A stretch of 35,906 nt of DNA from the NCBI GenBank assembly GCA_964356705.1, contig CAYHIN010000005.1, positions 1 to 35,906 on the forward strand. Reading direction: 5' to 3'. A program made the translations under genes and the position numbers. The notes below the pieces were generated by a model that saw nothing but the letters and a program-made list of their open reading frames with translations, was not told the origin of the DNA and searched no databases. Positions 18,401 through 26,224 of this stretch are shown here, one piece after another; within the stretch, counting starts at the first letter, position 1, and each line of letters starts with the position of its first letter. The stretch is from an uncultured Gammaproteobacteria bacterium. GTDB taxonomy: Bacteria > Patescibacteriota > Microgenomatia > CAZETR01 > Amesbacteraceae.

Positions 18401-19279
18401 CAGCAAAGGATCTCCATATGCATAGTGAATATATGACTGTAGCTTTCGATTGCGGACATCGCGGGGCAATCTGAGCATTTTCTTTTCAAAAGCACTCGCC
18501 AGCTCTTTTTCCAAACCGAGTAATTTGAGTCTGGCTTCGGACCTAAGTTTATCTTCAAAATCAATCATGGTTTCCATCGCCTTCAGCTCAGCAAAATCCT
18601 CACCCACAAATGAGGCCACCACCGGAACCGCAATAGAGTGAATTGCCTCCAAACTAGGCGCCGCATCAATAGACCTGACAGCGCTCGCAACCAGATACTG
18701 CAGCCTGGCATCTTCAATGGCTAAATAATCTGTAAACGGCAGTCTGTCCTCAAGCTGCTGGATAATAAGTTGCAAACGGTTGTATTGTTCGATTTGTAAT
18801 GTCAGGACTTCACGGTCGGTTCGAACTTTGGGGTCCGTAACAATTTTGTCCGTCTCAGCACCGATTTGTTTAATTAGAGCAACCAGCTTGTCCCGACCAA
18901 CTTGCCGTTGCAGTTTGCCAATCAGTCGATCAATTTTTTTGATGCGCAACTTGGCACGATCCACTGGATCCCGGGTTGTAAATTCTTTAACATTTACGAC
19001 AATTGACTGGAAAATTCCTTCGTCAGTCGTTTCGACAGGTGCAATAAAAGGCAAAGTGGCATTGGCTTGCTCTTGCTTGATCTGCTGTTGAGCCAGTGTC
19101 TCAATAGCCGCTTGCGTTTCAGCAGGTAACAGCCGTTCTGACTGGGTTAATGACCTGGACCCAAGTATCAGTGTTTCGACAACCCTAGGCGCATATGCCA
19201 AAGCAGCCGTAGCAGAGAAGAAAAACAAAACCAAAATCCAACCGCTCTTTTTGTGCTGAGATTTATTTTCTACAGTCAT
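15482..19279 (-). CDS. Large (1265 aa) membrane-anchored helical protein with duplicated DUF5667-like module and acidic E/T/P-rich tail
   Basis: Start ATG 19279 (MTVENK...) followed by a hydrophobic anchor. ILPDSPLYPLK is DUF5667-like. Internal repeat FAELKAME..GDP..EDLKI / FKELKAIE..GNP..QDLKI. Confidence 0.8.
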   Translation of the reverse strand: MTVENKSQHKKSGWILVLFFFSATAALAYAPRVVETLILGSRSLTQSERLLPAETQAAIETLAQQQIKQEQANATLPFIAPVETTDEGIFQSIVVNVKEFTTRDPVDRAKLRIKKIDRLIGKLQRQVGRDKLVALIKQIGAETDKIVTDPKVRTDREVLTLQIEQYNRLQLIIQQLEDRLPFTDYLAIEDARLQYLVASAVRSIDAAPSLEAIHSIAVPVVASFVGEDFAELKAMETMIDFEDKLRSEARLKLLGLEKELASAFEKKMLRLPRDVRNRKLQSYIHYAYGDPLLQARAFERMKDFLSDREMILGIDSLKEVAVKRLAERIFELDNQADLDAYVDRVMKNREDLKILGEMQIAINSGQDTEKIARLATMQTSVQNKIARFLEQMTSEELSTTDLMDVVLTQNLNAMVAASEEVSTNFKQQFSLEADRTLDRFIKELGSSEFLTRSKLAYNPVSTDADVRILISHPQSMVILQNLRTQVPAGQRAVIDKAIRASAGISAEHLLSQVNDPKIFTDYEQYITKTVAVNKTFQRYEGRSFNDNLAKKAQVVQKVALAEKQQLYEVMQQITQSIFAGRGETDLEKQLPLNIRQEVQELKKLLSARNVPQLTTPEGISLAPIAPLSHDIQHAIVQAAKARIRDGQKSEEVKLDFSVTAADLDIKKPRILPDSPLYPLKHLSRRLQLVMTFDSLSRVELLIKQNNERTLEAMLLLQKSDSRKSVDLALETLLNIEKDFNRLKTNTGKLKEGQQPQLERVDLLIDAIIKNGLARQTVFGLIEDHVYGADYVRVEKIRQQILKDGIETLLQLSGGNAQVLVAKLEQTVNGASGSKFKELKAIELLVEIKRFQPEKIGQVLEASEIRLVKAFEANLLTIDKEERERELLAYADGMPGNPVRHYQAYEELKESFENKETLTLAYNLENEAVENLVDIVSGITDDLTLREFATEVVGTEPQDLKIIIEIEDHVETPGTLESVATPIEQKIEEIKTIIEEEVVEEFIENPQSLFESDLISDQSQTGKSTIGDVEVIQELVEIIEQTPQATPEIIETIEQIEEQIVSEFIETVTNNPTQALEPAPEVIETLVKLKEESPPAIDAQIDVAIRAEVEIIQEELETAVTSPEILETYITQIEESSVIAKVINQVGGEEFQQVLEETASEVSQNLTQEQTLLQETISQVQEEIFASPVSSPSPVEETLSQSVQTEIAAVKTEVSVEQIPAVTTATEITVTVESVQTSTEQPTSAPTTESAPAAPVEEPAAPTVGL

Positions 19280-19362
19280 TTGGGCAGAAATCAGTTCTAC
19301 ATCCAGTCTGAACTGTTTACCCGAAAAACACAAGAAAACGAATTTGGACTGATTCGGCTCTC

Positions 19363-19392
19363 TTGACAAGTATAAAGTATCACGTTATACTT
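19363..19392 (+). promoter_or_regulatory. Promoter of Fic-MerR gene with palindromic operator
   Basis: TTGACA 19363-19368, 17 bp, TATACT 19386-19391. Inverted repeat AAGTATAA-N9-TTATACTT (19368-19392). Confidence 0.75.
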
Positions 19393-19400
19393 AACACTGC

Positions 19401-20387
19401 ATGACTAATATCCTAGCTGTACTCGATAAGAAGAAACAACGACTAGATGGCTTCAGGCCATTCTCTATTGATCAGGTAGCAAACCTCCGTGAGTGGTTTA
19501 AGATCGAGCTAACCTATACTTCTAACGCTATTGAAGGAAATACCCTTTCTCGAGCTGAGACTGCTCTAATAGTAGAAAAGGGGTTAACCGTAGATGGAAA
19601 GACGCTTCAGGAGCATCTAGAGGCGGTAAATCACGCCCAAGCCTTTGATTGGATCATACAACGAATAGACACCACACAGCAGGATATTACCGAAAATACG
19701 ATCTTAGATCTGCACCAACTTATTCTCCAAAAGATTGTTGATAACCAAGCCGGACGATACCGCACTGTGCCAGTTCGCATTGCTGGTTCAACTGTTGTCA
19801 TGCCCAATGCCATGAAGGTCCCCGAACTTATGGGTGTGTACGTCGCATGGCTTCAGAAAAACACGGACAACCCTTTGACTGTAGCTGTTGACGCTCACTT
19901 CAAATTAGTAAGTATTCACCCTTTTGTTGACGGAAATGGCAGAACTGCACGACTTTTAATGAATCTTTTACTTATGCAAGCAGGTTACCCTCCAGCCATT
20001 ATCCGCAAAGAAGAACGCAAACAATATATCGCCAGCATTGAGAAAGCCCAACTTGGAGGATCATTGGCTGATTACTATTCATTAATGTACGAAGCAGTAA
20101 GTCGATCCTTTGATATTTACCTCGAAGCCTTAGAAGGGAAAGAGCAAGAAAAAATTTTAGAAAAGAAAAACGTCCTCAAAATCGGAGAGCTCGCTGAGCT
20201 GGTTGGTGAAACCGTACCAACAATTCGTCACTGGACCAAGGAAGGACTGTTAAATGTAGCTGAGTATTCCCAAGGTGGTTATCAACTATATGGCCAAGAC
20301 CAAGTAACCGTCGTCAAAAAAATCCGAAAATTACAAGATAAGAATCGGTTAACCATCGCTGAGATTAAAAAGAAATTGGCAAATTAG
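19401..20387 (+). CDS. Fic-domain AMPylase fused to C-terminal MerR-type HTH
   Basis: Catalytic HPFVDGNGRTAR, N-terminal inhibitory SNAIEGN (class II Fic), C-terminal LKIGELAELVGETVPTIRHWTKEGLL. Confidence 0.9.
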   Translation: MTNILAVLDKKKQRLDGFRPFSIDQVANLREWFKIELTYTSNAIEGNTLSRAETALIVEKGLTVDGKTLQEHLEAVNHAQAFDWIIQRIDTTQQDITENTILDLHQLILQKIVDNQAGRYRTVPVRIAGSTVVMPNAMKVPELMGVYVAWLQKNTDNPLTVAVDAHFKLVSIHPFVDGNGRTARLLMNLLLMQAGYPPAIIRKEERKQYIASIEKAQLGGSLADYYSLMYEAVSRSFDIYLEALEGKEQEKILEKKNVLKIGELAELVGETVPTIRHWTKEGLLNVAEYSQGGYQLYGQDQVTVVKKIRKLQDKNRLTIAEIKKKLAN

Positions 20388-20408
20388 CTGTCTGTTTATG
20401 TAATTTAG

Positions 20409-20431
20409 TGGTAACTGGGGACGGGTTTCGG
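20409..20431. repeat. 23-bp direct repeat, copy 1
   Basis: TGGTAACTGGGGACGGGTTTCGG, identical to 21199-21221. Confidence 0.9.
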
Positions 20432-20506
20432 GTATCTAACTACCCACTACAAAATCCCAATTAGCCTAATTTACGGGAGCACACTCCTCTAAATTAATAT
20501 TATTTA

Positions 20507-20587
20507 TCAAGGAAACCCACCCTGATTCATCGATTCCCTGGACAACTCAATCGCCCATTTCAAATACTCTTGAGTCTTATCATCCAT
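20507..20587 (-). pseudogene. Truncated nucleoside/guanine deaminase-like gene
   Basis: TGG-TAAAAT-N6-ATG then MDDKTQEYLKWAIELSRESMNQGGFP*, resembling the first helix and GGxP of the cytidine/guanine deaminase fold. No HAE/PCxxC motifs follow. Confidence 0.6.
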
Positions 20588-20603
20588 AATCTGATTTTAC
20601 CAA

Positions 20604-21083
20604 TCACTTAAGTTCTATTTCCACCCTCTTATCAACATATTGATCGTTAACATATTCTCCTTCAGTAAGTTTTGATATCTTAGTCGGGACGGCTTTATAA
20701 ATTCTCCAAGCACCCAAACCAATAACTTCCTCTGTTCTCTTTACTCGAAATTCATCTTTAGTTACTCTCTTGTTTAAGACTTCTATAGCCAGATTTATTT
20801 CATTTTCATCTGATAGTTCCTCTATACTGGCTTCGAAGTAAACACCATCCCCTTGTCCCTCGGGCGCACTTGAATCAAAAATCACGATTGCCACTTGAGG
20901 GTTATCTCTAATGAGTTTTGAATGTTTAGCGTCTTTATTAGACACCCAAAATAAATTGTAGTTATTATCATAAGCGAAGAAAACCGGTGAAATCCACGGT
21001 CTACCATCAAGCGACGTAGTCGCAATAGTTAAATATATATTTTTGGCAATTATTTCCTTAGCCTTTTCAATATACTTATCCAT
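20604..21083 (-). CDS. Pyridoxamine 5'-phosphate oxidase-like (split-barrel flavin-binding) protein
   Basis: YLTIAT...G.PW.SPVFFA, S...A.HSK.I..NPQVAIVIFDS motifs. Confidence 0.85.
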   Translation of the reverse strand: MDKYIEKAKEIIAKNIYLTIATTSLDGRPWISPVFFAYDNNYNLFWVSNKDAKHSKLIRDNPQVAIVIFDSSAPEGQGDGVYFEASIEELSDENEINLAIEVLNKRVTKDEFRVKRTEEVIGLGAWRIYKAVPTKISKLTEGEYVNDQYVDKRVEIELK

Positions 21084-21198
21084 TTCTTAATTTTATCAAA
21101 ATTCAAAAAAAATGAGTCACGCTCCCCTAACGGACTCATTCATTAACGGGCAAGTAATGTTTGATATTGACCTTGAGAGCCTTAAGATATTTCGTAAC

Positions 21199-21221
21199 TG
21201 GTAACTGGGGACGGGTTTCGG
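21199..21221. repeat. 23-bp direct repeat, copy 2
   Basis: TGGTAACTGGGGACGGGTTTCGG, identical to 20409-20431. Confidence 0.9.
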
Positions 21222-21268
21222 ACACGCCTACAAGGCTTTTGTGTCCAGGTCGTATACTTATAGTAGGC

Positions 21269-23743
21269 ATGGCGCTCCCCGATACCAAAGATCAGTACCC
21301 ACAACAATTCGGCTTCCACGATCCCGAGCACTACACTTTCCAGTCTCGCAAAGGCTTAAGCGCTGAAGTAGTCAGAGAAATGTCAGCTATGAAAGGCGAG
21401 CCCTCCTGGATGCTAGACTTTCGCCTCAAAGCCCTGGATATTTTTACCAAAAAACCCATGCCTACCTGGGGCGGAAATATAGATCTCGACTTCGATGACA
21501 TTACCTACTACACCCGGCCTTCAGAACGAACCGAGGCCAGCTGGGACGACGTCCCGGCAGACATCAAAAACACTTTTGACAAACTAGGGATTCCCGAAGC
21601 CGAACGCAAGTTCTTGGCCGGCGCCGGCGCTCAATATGAATCCGAAATGGTCTACCACAGTTTGCAAGAACATCTCAAAGCCCAAGGGGTCATCTTCTTA
21701 AGCTCCGACGATGGTCTCCGCCAACACCCCGAGCTTTTTCGTGAACATTTTGGCACCATCATCACTCCCATGGACAACAAATTTGCAGCTTGCAACAGTG
21801 CCGTCTGGTCAGGCGGCTCATTCCTCTATGTACCAAAAGGGGTTGAAATAGAAATGCCACTCCAAGCCTACTTTCGCCTCAACGCCGAAGGCACAGGTCA
21901 GTTTGAACGCACCCTGATTATTGTCGACGAAGGCGCCAAAGTGCACTATGTCGAGGGTTGCCTTCCCTTAGGTGAACAAGTAAGCCTTGGAGATAGGTGG
22001 GTAAACATTGAAAATGTTAAGTCTGGGGATATTGTCATGAACTCCGACGGCGTTGAAGCCTCAGTGAGTAAAACCCGAACACTTCCCTTTAAGGGTAATC
22101 TGGTTAAGCTCGTACCGATTTCCTCTGAAAATGCTTTACAGGTTACCCCTGAACACCCAGTACTAGGTGTAAAACGCCGAGATGTCCAAACCCCTCGTGC
22201 CGCCCGTAAAAATTGGTTACCTGAAGTCATCACCAAAAAACTTCTCGGAAGAAAACCCGAGTTTATTCCCGCAGGCAAACTCAAACGGGGAGATTTCATG
22301 GTATTTCCCATCAGTAAAACTGTCCGGCCTGACCCAATCCTCACTCCCTCTCTTTTGAAATTACTCGGGTACTATCTCGCAGAAGGGTCTACTTACATGC
22401 ACAAGACTCTAAAACAGCCTATTGTATCTTTCTCTTTTAATGAACAGGAGCGCGAATTAATTGAGGACGCAAAACAATTGATCAAGACTGTAACCAAGAA
22501 GAATGCCATGGAAATCCACCAAAAATCCCGGCACGGCACTGAAGTAAGAGTCTACTCCCAACACCTCATGGATCTATGTGTTCTCCACTGCGGTCGCCAC
22601 GCGTCCCAGAAACAGCTTAGCAAGCAAGTAATGGAACAGCCGCCAAAACTACAAGCTCTTCTTTTAGGAACTTATTTACAGGGAGACGGCAGCGTATATC
22701 TGAAACGTAAACATACCATGATCCGAGCCTGCACTGTTTCACAGGCACTCGCCTGGCAGCTTCAAGAGTTAATTGGACGCCAAGGACATTTTGCTACCAT
22801 AAATATTCGCAAGGGAGGCCAAGACACTATTCTTGGTCGTACAATCCACAGGCGCAACCAATTCATCATTTATTATTCTCCGGACAAACAACAAAGTGAG
22901 GTTCGTCGCAGCAAGGATCACTTTCTGGTTCCCATCAAACACATTGATCACACACCCTATGACGGACCGGTGTTCAACTTCGAGCTCAGTAGCAAGCCAA
23001 ATGCTTACGTAGCTCGCGGATTTGCCGTTCATAACTGTACCGCGCCCTCATACTCCAGGGACTCATTTCATTCTGGCGTGATTGAAATCATCGTCAAAAA
23101 AGGCGCTCATTGTCGCTACACCACCATCCAAAACTGGTCCACCAATGTCTACAACCTGGTCACCCAGCGCGCCATAGTCCACGAAGACGCTTCCATGGAG
23201 TGGGTTGACGCAAATCTGGGATCAAAGTTAACCATGAAATATCCATCTTGTTATCTCGTGGGCGACCGTGCCCACGGCGAGATTCTCTCCATGGCTTTTG
23301 CCGGCCCTGGTCAACACTTAGATACAGGAGGCAAAATTATTCACGGTGCGCCAGACACCTCATCCAAAATCATCTCCAAATCAGTAAGTCTCCGGGGTGG
23401 TCGCACCTCCTATCGCGGCTTACTCAAAGTTTACAAGGGCGCCCAGAACTCCCGCAGCCACGTGGTCTGCGATGCTTTACTCATGGACGATAAGTCTCGT
23501 TCCGACACCTACCCCACCATGGAGATCGACGAAAACGCGGTTACTATTGGTCATGAAGCCACAGTATCAAAGGTCAATGCCGAGCAAATTTTCTACCTTC
23601 AGAACCGAGGACTTTCAGAAAAGGAAGCCATTGGTTTGGTCGTCGGCGGGTTTATAGAAGGGCTAGCTCGAGAGCTTCCCATGGAATTCTCAATCGAGCT
23701 CTATCGTCTTATCCAGCTCCAAATGGCAGGGTCAATTGGTTAA
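21269..23743 (+). CDS. sufB: Fe-S cluster assembly protein SufB, intein-containing (824-aa precursor, 465-aa extein product)
   Basis: AGAGAQYESE, DNKFAA.NSAVWSGGSF.YVPKG, GQFERTLI, VHYVEG|CTAP, YTTIQNWS, MKYPS, HEATVSK motifs. Start ATG 21269 follows TATACT. Confidence 0.95.
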   Translation: MALPDTKDQYPQQFGFHDPEHYTFQSRKGLSAEVVREMSAMKGEPSWMLDFRLKALDIFTKKPMPTWGGNIDLDFDDITYYTRPSERTEASWDDVPADIKNTFDKLGIPEAERKFLAGAGAQYESEMVYHSLQEHLKAQGVIFLSSDDGLRQHPELFREHFGTIITPMDNKFAACNSAVWSGGSFLYVPKGVEIEMPLQAYFRLNAEGTGQFERTLIIVDEGAKVHYVEGCLPLGEQVSLGDRWVNIENVKSGDIVMNSDGVEASVSKTRTLPFKGNLVKLVPISSENALQVTPEHPVLGVKRRDVQTPRAARKNWLPEVITKKLLGRKPEFIPAGKLKRGDFMVFPISKTVRPDPILTPSLLKLLGYYLAEGSTYMHKTLKQPIVSFSFNEQERELIEDAKQLIKTVTKKNAMEIHQKSRHGTEVRVYSQHLMDLCVLHCGRHASQKQLSKQVMEQPPKLQALLLGTYLQGDGSVYLKRKHTMIRACTVSQALAWQLQELIGRQGHFATINIRKGGQDTILGRTIHRRNQFIIYYSPDKQQSEVRRSKDHFLVPIKHIDHTPYDGPVFNFELSSKPNAYVARGFAVHNCTAPSYSRDSFHSGVIEIIVKKGAHCRYTTIQNWSTNVYNLVTQRAIVHEDASMEWVDANLGSKLTMKYPSCYLVGDRAHGEILSMAFAGPGQHLDTGGKIIHGAPDTSSKIISKSVSLRGGRTSYRGLLKVYKGAQNSRSHVVCDALLMDDKSRSDTYPTMEIDENAVTIGHEATVSKVNAEQIFYLQNRGLSEKEAIGLVVGGFIEGLARELPMEFSIELYRLIQLQMAGSIG
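21959..23035 (+). mobile_element. Intein with LAGLIDADG homing endonuclease in sufB (359 aa)
   Basis: Starts CLPLGE (block A), TPEHP (block B), LLGYYLAEGS and LLGTYLQGDGS (LAGLIDADG blocks), VFNFE (block F), ends FAVHN followed by Cys+1. Confidence 0.95.
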
Positions 23744-24174
23744 GAAGAAAATTCTTTTGAAAACTCAATTATCCACTCAATACCGTATTTATCTCTAAAC
23801 ATCCCCGCATATGAGCCCCACGGACTATCCCCTATAGCCCCTTCTACTTCTCCTCCAGCCGAAAGGCCAGTAAATAATCTGTCCGCCTCTTCTTTACTTT
23901 CCGCGACTACCAAAATTTTGCTTCTATTTTCATGCTCATTTACTCGCCCCAAAACCTCCGGAACATCATTTGCAATCAACATAGTGCCAGCGCCAACTGG
24001 TAAGGCAATCTGCATTATTTTGTTTTCTTCCTTTTCTGCTACTGGGAATCCAGCACTAGCAAGATCTTTGAAACGCACTACTTTCGCAAACTCTCCACCA
24101 AAAACAGATTTATAAAACGTAAATGCTTCTTCAGCATTACCATTGAAGTTAATCCAAGGATTAATTGTAGCCAT
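23740..24174 (-). CDS. VOC-family PhnB-like protein
   Basis: INPWINFNGNAEEAFTFYKSVFGG and PWG..AGMFRDKYGIEW motifs. Confidence 0.9.
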   Translation of the reverse strand: MATINPWINFNGNAEEAFTFYKSVFGGEFAKVVRFKDLASAGFPVAEKEENKIMQIALPVGAGTMLIANDVPEVLGRVNEHENRSKILVVAESKEEADRLFTGLSAGGEVEGAIGDSPWGSYAGMFRDKYGIEWIIEFSKEFSS

Positions 24175-24230
24175 ACAGCAATAATAGCAAATTAAAGTTA
24201 GCTCGGCTTGGTTGGCTATGTAGGGAACTT

Positions 24231-24644
24231 CTACCGAGAAAATGCATTGACAATGGCTTCTTTATAGAAATCTGGCATATTAAGCCCTTTTACTTCTTCT
24301 TGGGTAAATGATTCAAACTTTGCTTCTCCAGCTTCTCCTTGAAATTCAAAGTCGCCTACTTTGTTGAGAAGGCTACAAAGATAAGTTACGACCAATACCC
24401 CTTTTGACTCATCCTCAGATTTTTTAATTGTGTAAAGATACGATTGAATAATATCTATTACTTCAGTTTTAAACCCCAACTCTTCTTCAAGCTCTCTGAT
24501 AATTGTTTCTTCAGGTTGTTCTCCTTGGTCTAATTTTCCTCCAGGCAGTTCCCACTCATCTCTTTCATTTTTCCTAAGCCAAACTTTTCCTTCATCAAGA
24601 ATTATTCCTTTAACTGATACGGGCACAAAATAAGCAGCATTCAT
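24231..24644 (-). CDS. Nudix hydrolase
   Basis: WELPGGKLDQGEQPEETIIRELEEELGF is a canonical Nudix box. Confidence 0.9.
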   Translation of the reverse strand: MNAAYFVPVSVKGIILDEGKVWLRKNERDEWELPGGKLDQGEQPEETIIRELEEELGFKTEVIDIIQSYLYTIKKSEDESKGVLVVTYLCSLLNKVGDFEFQGEAGEAKFESFTQEEVKGLNMPDFYKEAIVNAFSR

Positions 24645-24741
24645 TCCTTGATTCTACCAAAAGTTAGAAAAAGAACTTGTGGTATCTCAGTATGACGGTT
24701 TTCGAACTAGCTCCACCTGATAGAAAATACCAGAACCTATT

Positions 24742-25395
24742 TTATCTCCACGGATCAAATGCCATACCAAACCTCACTCTGATTTCACCCAAAAGGTTAA
24801 AGATTGTCATCGCAAAGTGATACAGCCAATCGGCTTTTAATCCATAAAACTGAATGTGAAGATAATTGTTAGGATATGGTTTTATTCCTTTCTCTACCAA
24901 AAGCAACAACTCTCTTTTTCGCTTTGGATTGTTCTTGGATGACATTACCCCAGCAGCCGAAGCCCTTTCTGGAATACTCACATAGGTTATACCCTCAAGT
25001 GTGTAGTTTGTTTTTTCCAACGCATTTGCCTCAACCGTGAGATTTATTCGCCTGCCTCCCATAACAAACGAGCCGTCTGATTCCCATTTGCCATAAAAAT
25101 ACCCAACTTCTAAAAGATGTGGGTGATCGAGTGTTTCTAAGCAAAGATATTTACGGGCAAATGTGAACATTCCTTTGGCGGGATAATAGCCCAACTTCTT
25201 TAATCCAGAATAAAGTACATCCTTACCCTGAAAGTCTACCAGCAAATCAAGATCACCTAAATTGCGATGCAATTTTCCGTTAATGCCAGCCACAACAACC
25301 GAACCAAGAAATCGGTAATTGATTTTGTTTTCCTCCAAGATTTTCAGAACACGTCGAAGAGTAGAAACAACAATCTCAGTATTAAACTCCGTCAT
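24742..25395 (-). CDS. Pol-beta-type nucleotidyltransferase family protein
   Basis: FLGS...HR.LGDLDLLV (hGS-DxD) signature, as in aminoglycoside/lincosamide NTase-like proteins. Confidence 0.65.
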   Translation of the reverse strand: MTEFNTEIVVSTLRRVLKILEENKINYRFLGSVVVAGINGKLHRNLGDLDLLVDFQGKDVLYSGLKKLGYYPAKGMFTFARKYLCLETLDHPHLLEVGYFYGKWESDGSFVMGGRRINLTVEANALEKTNYTLEGITYVSIPERASAAGVMSSKNNPKRKRELLLLVEKGIKPYPNNYLHIQFYGLKADWLYHFAMTIFNLLGEIRVRFGMAFDPWR

Positions 25396-25415
25396 GAAAG
25401 TAAAATTATTACAGC

Positions 25416-25766
25416 CTAATAAAATAGAATCTGAAAATAAAAGATCAAAAATACCAAAATATGCACTGGAGCAGTAACCAACCCTGGAACATACTTTTTA
25501 ACACACCCCGACCAAACAAGATGCTGAACACCGTTAGCAAACATTAGAGCCAAAAAAAATCCTAATAATCCATCTCTAGCGGGAAAACCATGGTTAAAAA
25601 TCACCATTCCCCAAAACAAACTAAAGCAAATTTCAAAGACTAGGAACACCTCAAATGGCATTTTGAACACATACCACTTTTTGTGAAAGCCAGTTAATAG
25701 CTCTTCAAACGAGTGTAAAAGCTGAACGCCAAAAGAAATAAGTGCACATTGATCTAAAATAGTCAT
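25416..25766 (-). CDS. HXXEE-domain membrane protein
   Basis: LHSFEE, N..QH and YVPGL.TA motifs with hydrophobic segments. Confidence 0.8.
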   Translation of the reverse strand: MTILDQCALISFGVQLLHSFEELLTGFHKKWYVFKMPFEVFLVFEICFSLFWGMVIFNHGFPARDGLLGFFLALMFANGVQHLVWSGCVKKYVPGLVTAPVHILVFLIFYFQILFY

Positions 25767-26224
25767 TAATTAAGTGTATCAGAAGTCCGAACGTCTAACT
25801 CTGGATGAAAAAAATTCATCTCAAATATCATTTCGGGCTCTTTATTATAATCTGTGTATCGTATCCAAGTTGGTTTTATTTTCAGATAAACCTGATTCGG
25901 ATGAGCTTCATATTTCTTTGAACTAGGAGTTTTTTGAAAATATATGTTTTTGTATTCTTTCAGTTCGTCACCTTCCAAAACTGAAGCCACCCCCTCGTAT
26001 TGAAGAGTTATTTTCTCGTTGTTTCCAAATACAATTGCGCAATTGGGATTCTTCTGAATATTATTGAACTTTCTTGTTGTAGTATAGGTACCAAAGACCA
26101 AGCTCAAATCATCTGCTGAAGCAAATCCAACTAGCGCTGCCTCGGGTTTATCAACTCCGATAGTCGATATAACCATGTGAATTTGACTATTTAAAAATTC
26201 GCGTACTAAATTAGATTTATCCAC
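25766..26224 (-). CDS. Pyridoxamine 5'-phosphate oxidase-like protein
   Basis: VIST...PEAALVGF, TRKF.NI.KNP, TLQYEG.A, PTWIRYTD motifs. TGA-TATAAT-N6-GTG promoter. Confidence 0.85.
   Translation of the reverse strand: MDKSNLVREFLNSQIHMVISTIGVDKPEAALVGFASADDLSLVFGTYTTTRKFNNIQKNPNCAIVFGNNEKITLQYEGVASVLEGDELKEYKNIYFQKTPSSKKYEAHPNQVYLKIKPTWIRYTDYNKEPEMIFEMNFFHPELDVRTSDTLN

Noticed and set aside
19280-19369. Extended start of the large protein
   Set aside because: The TTG start overlaps the Fic promoter. ATG 19279 directly precedes the basic-hydrophobic anchor.
20409-21221. CRISPR array or integron attC sites
   Set aside because: Only two copies, 790 bp apart, with no cas or intI gene. No correctly spaced RYYYAAC...GTTRRRY pair was found.
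21199-21250. Hammerhead ribozyme on the minus strand (stem followed by GAAAC...GTC)
   Set aside because: The CUGANGA core is absent.
21161-21268. N-terminal extension of SufB in the ORF track
   Set aside because: It spans the direct repeat and promoter. ATG 21269 gives a normal-length SufB.
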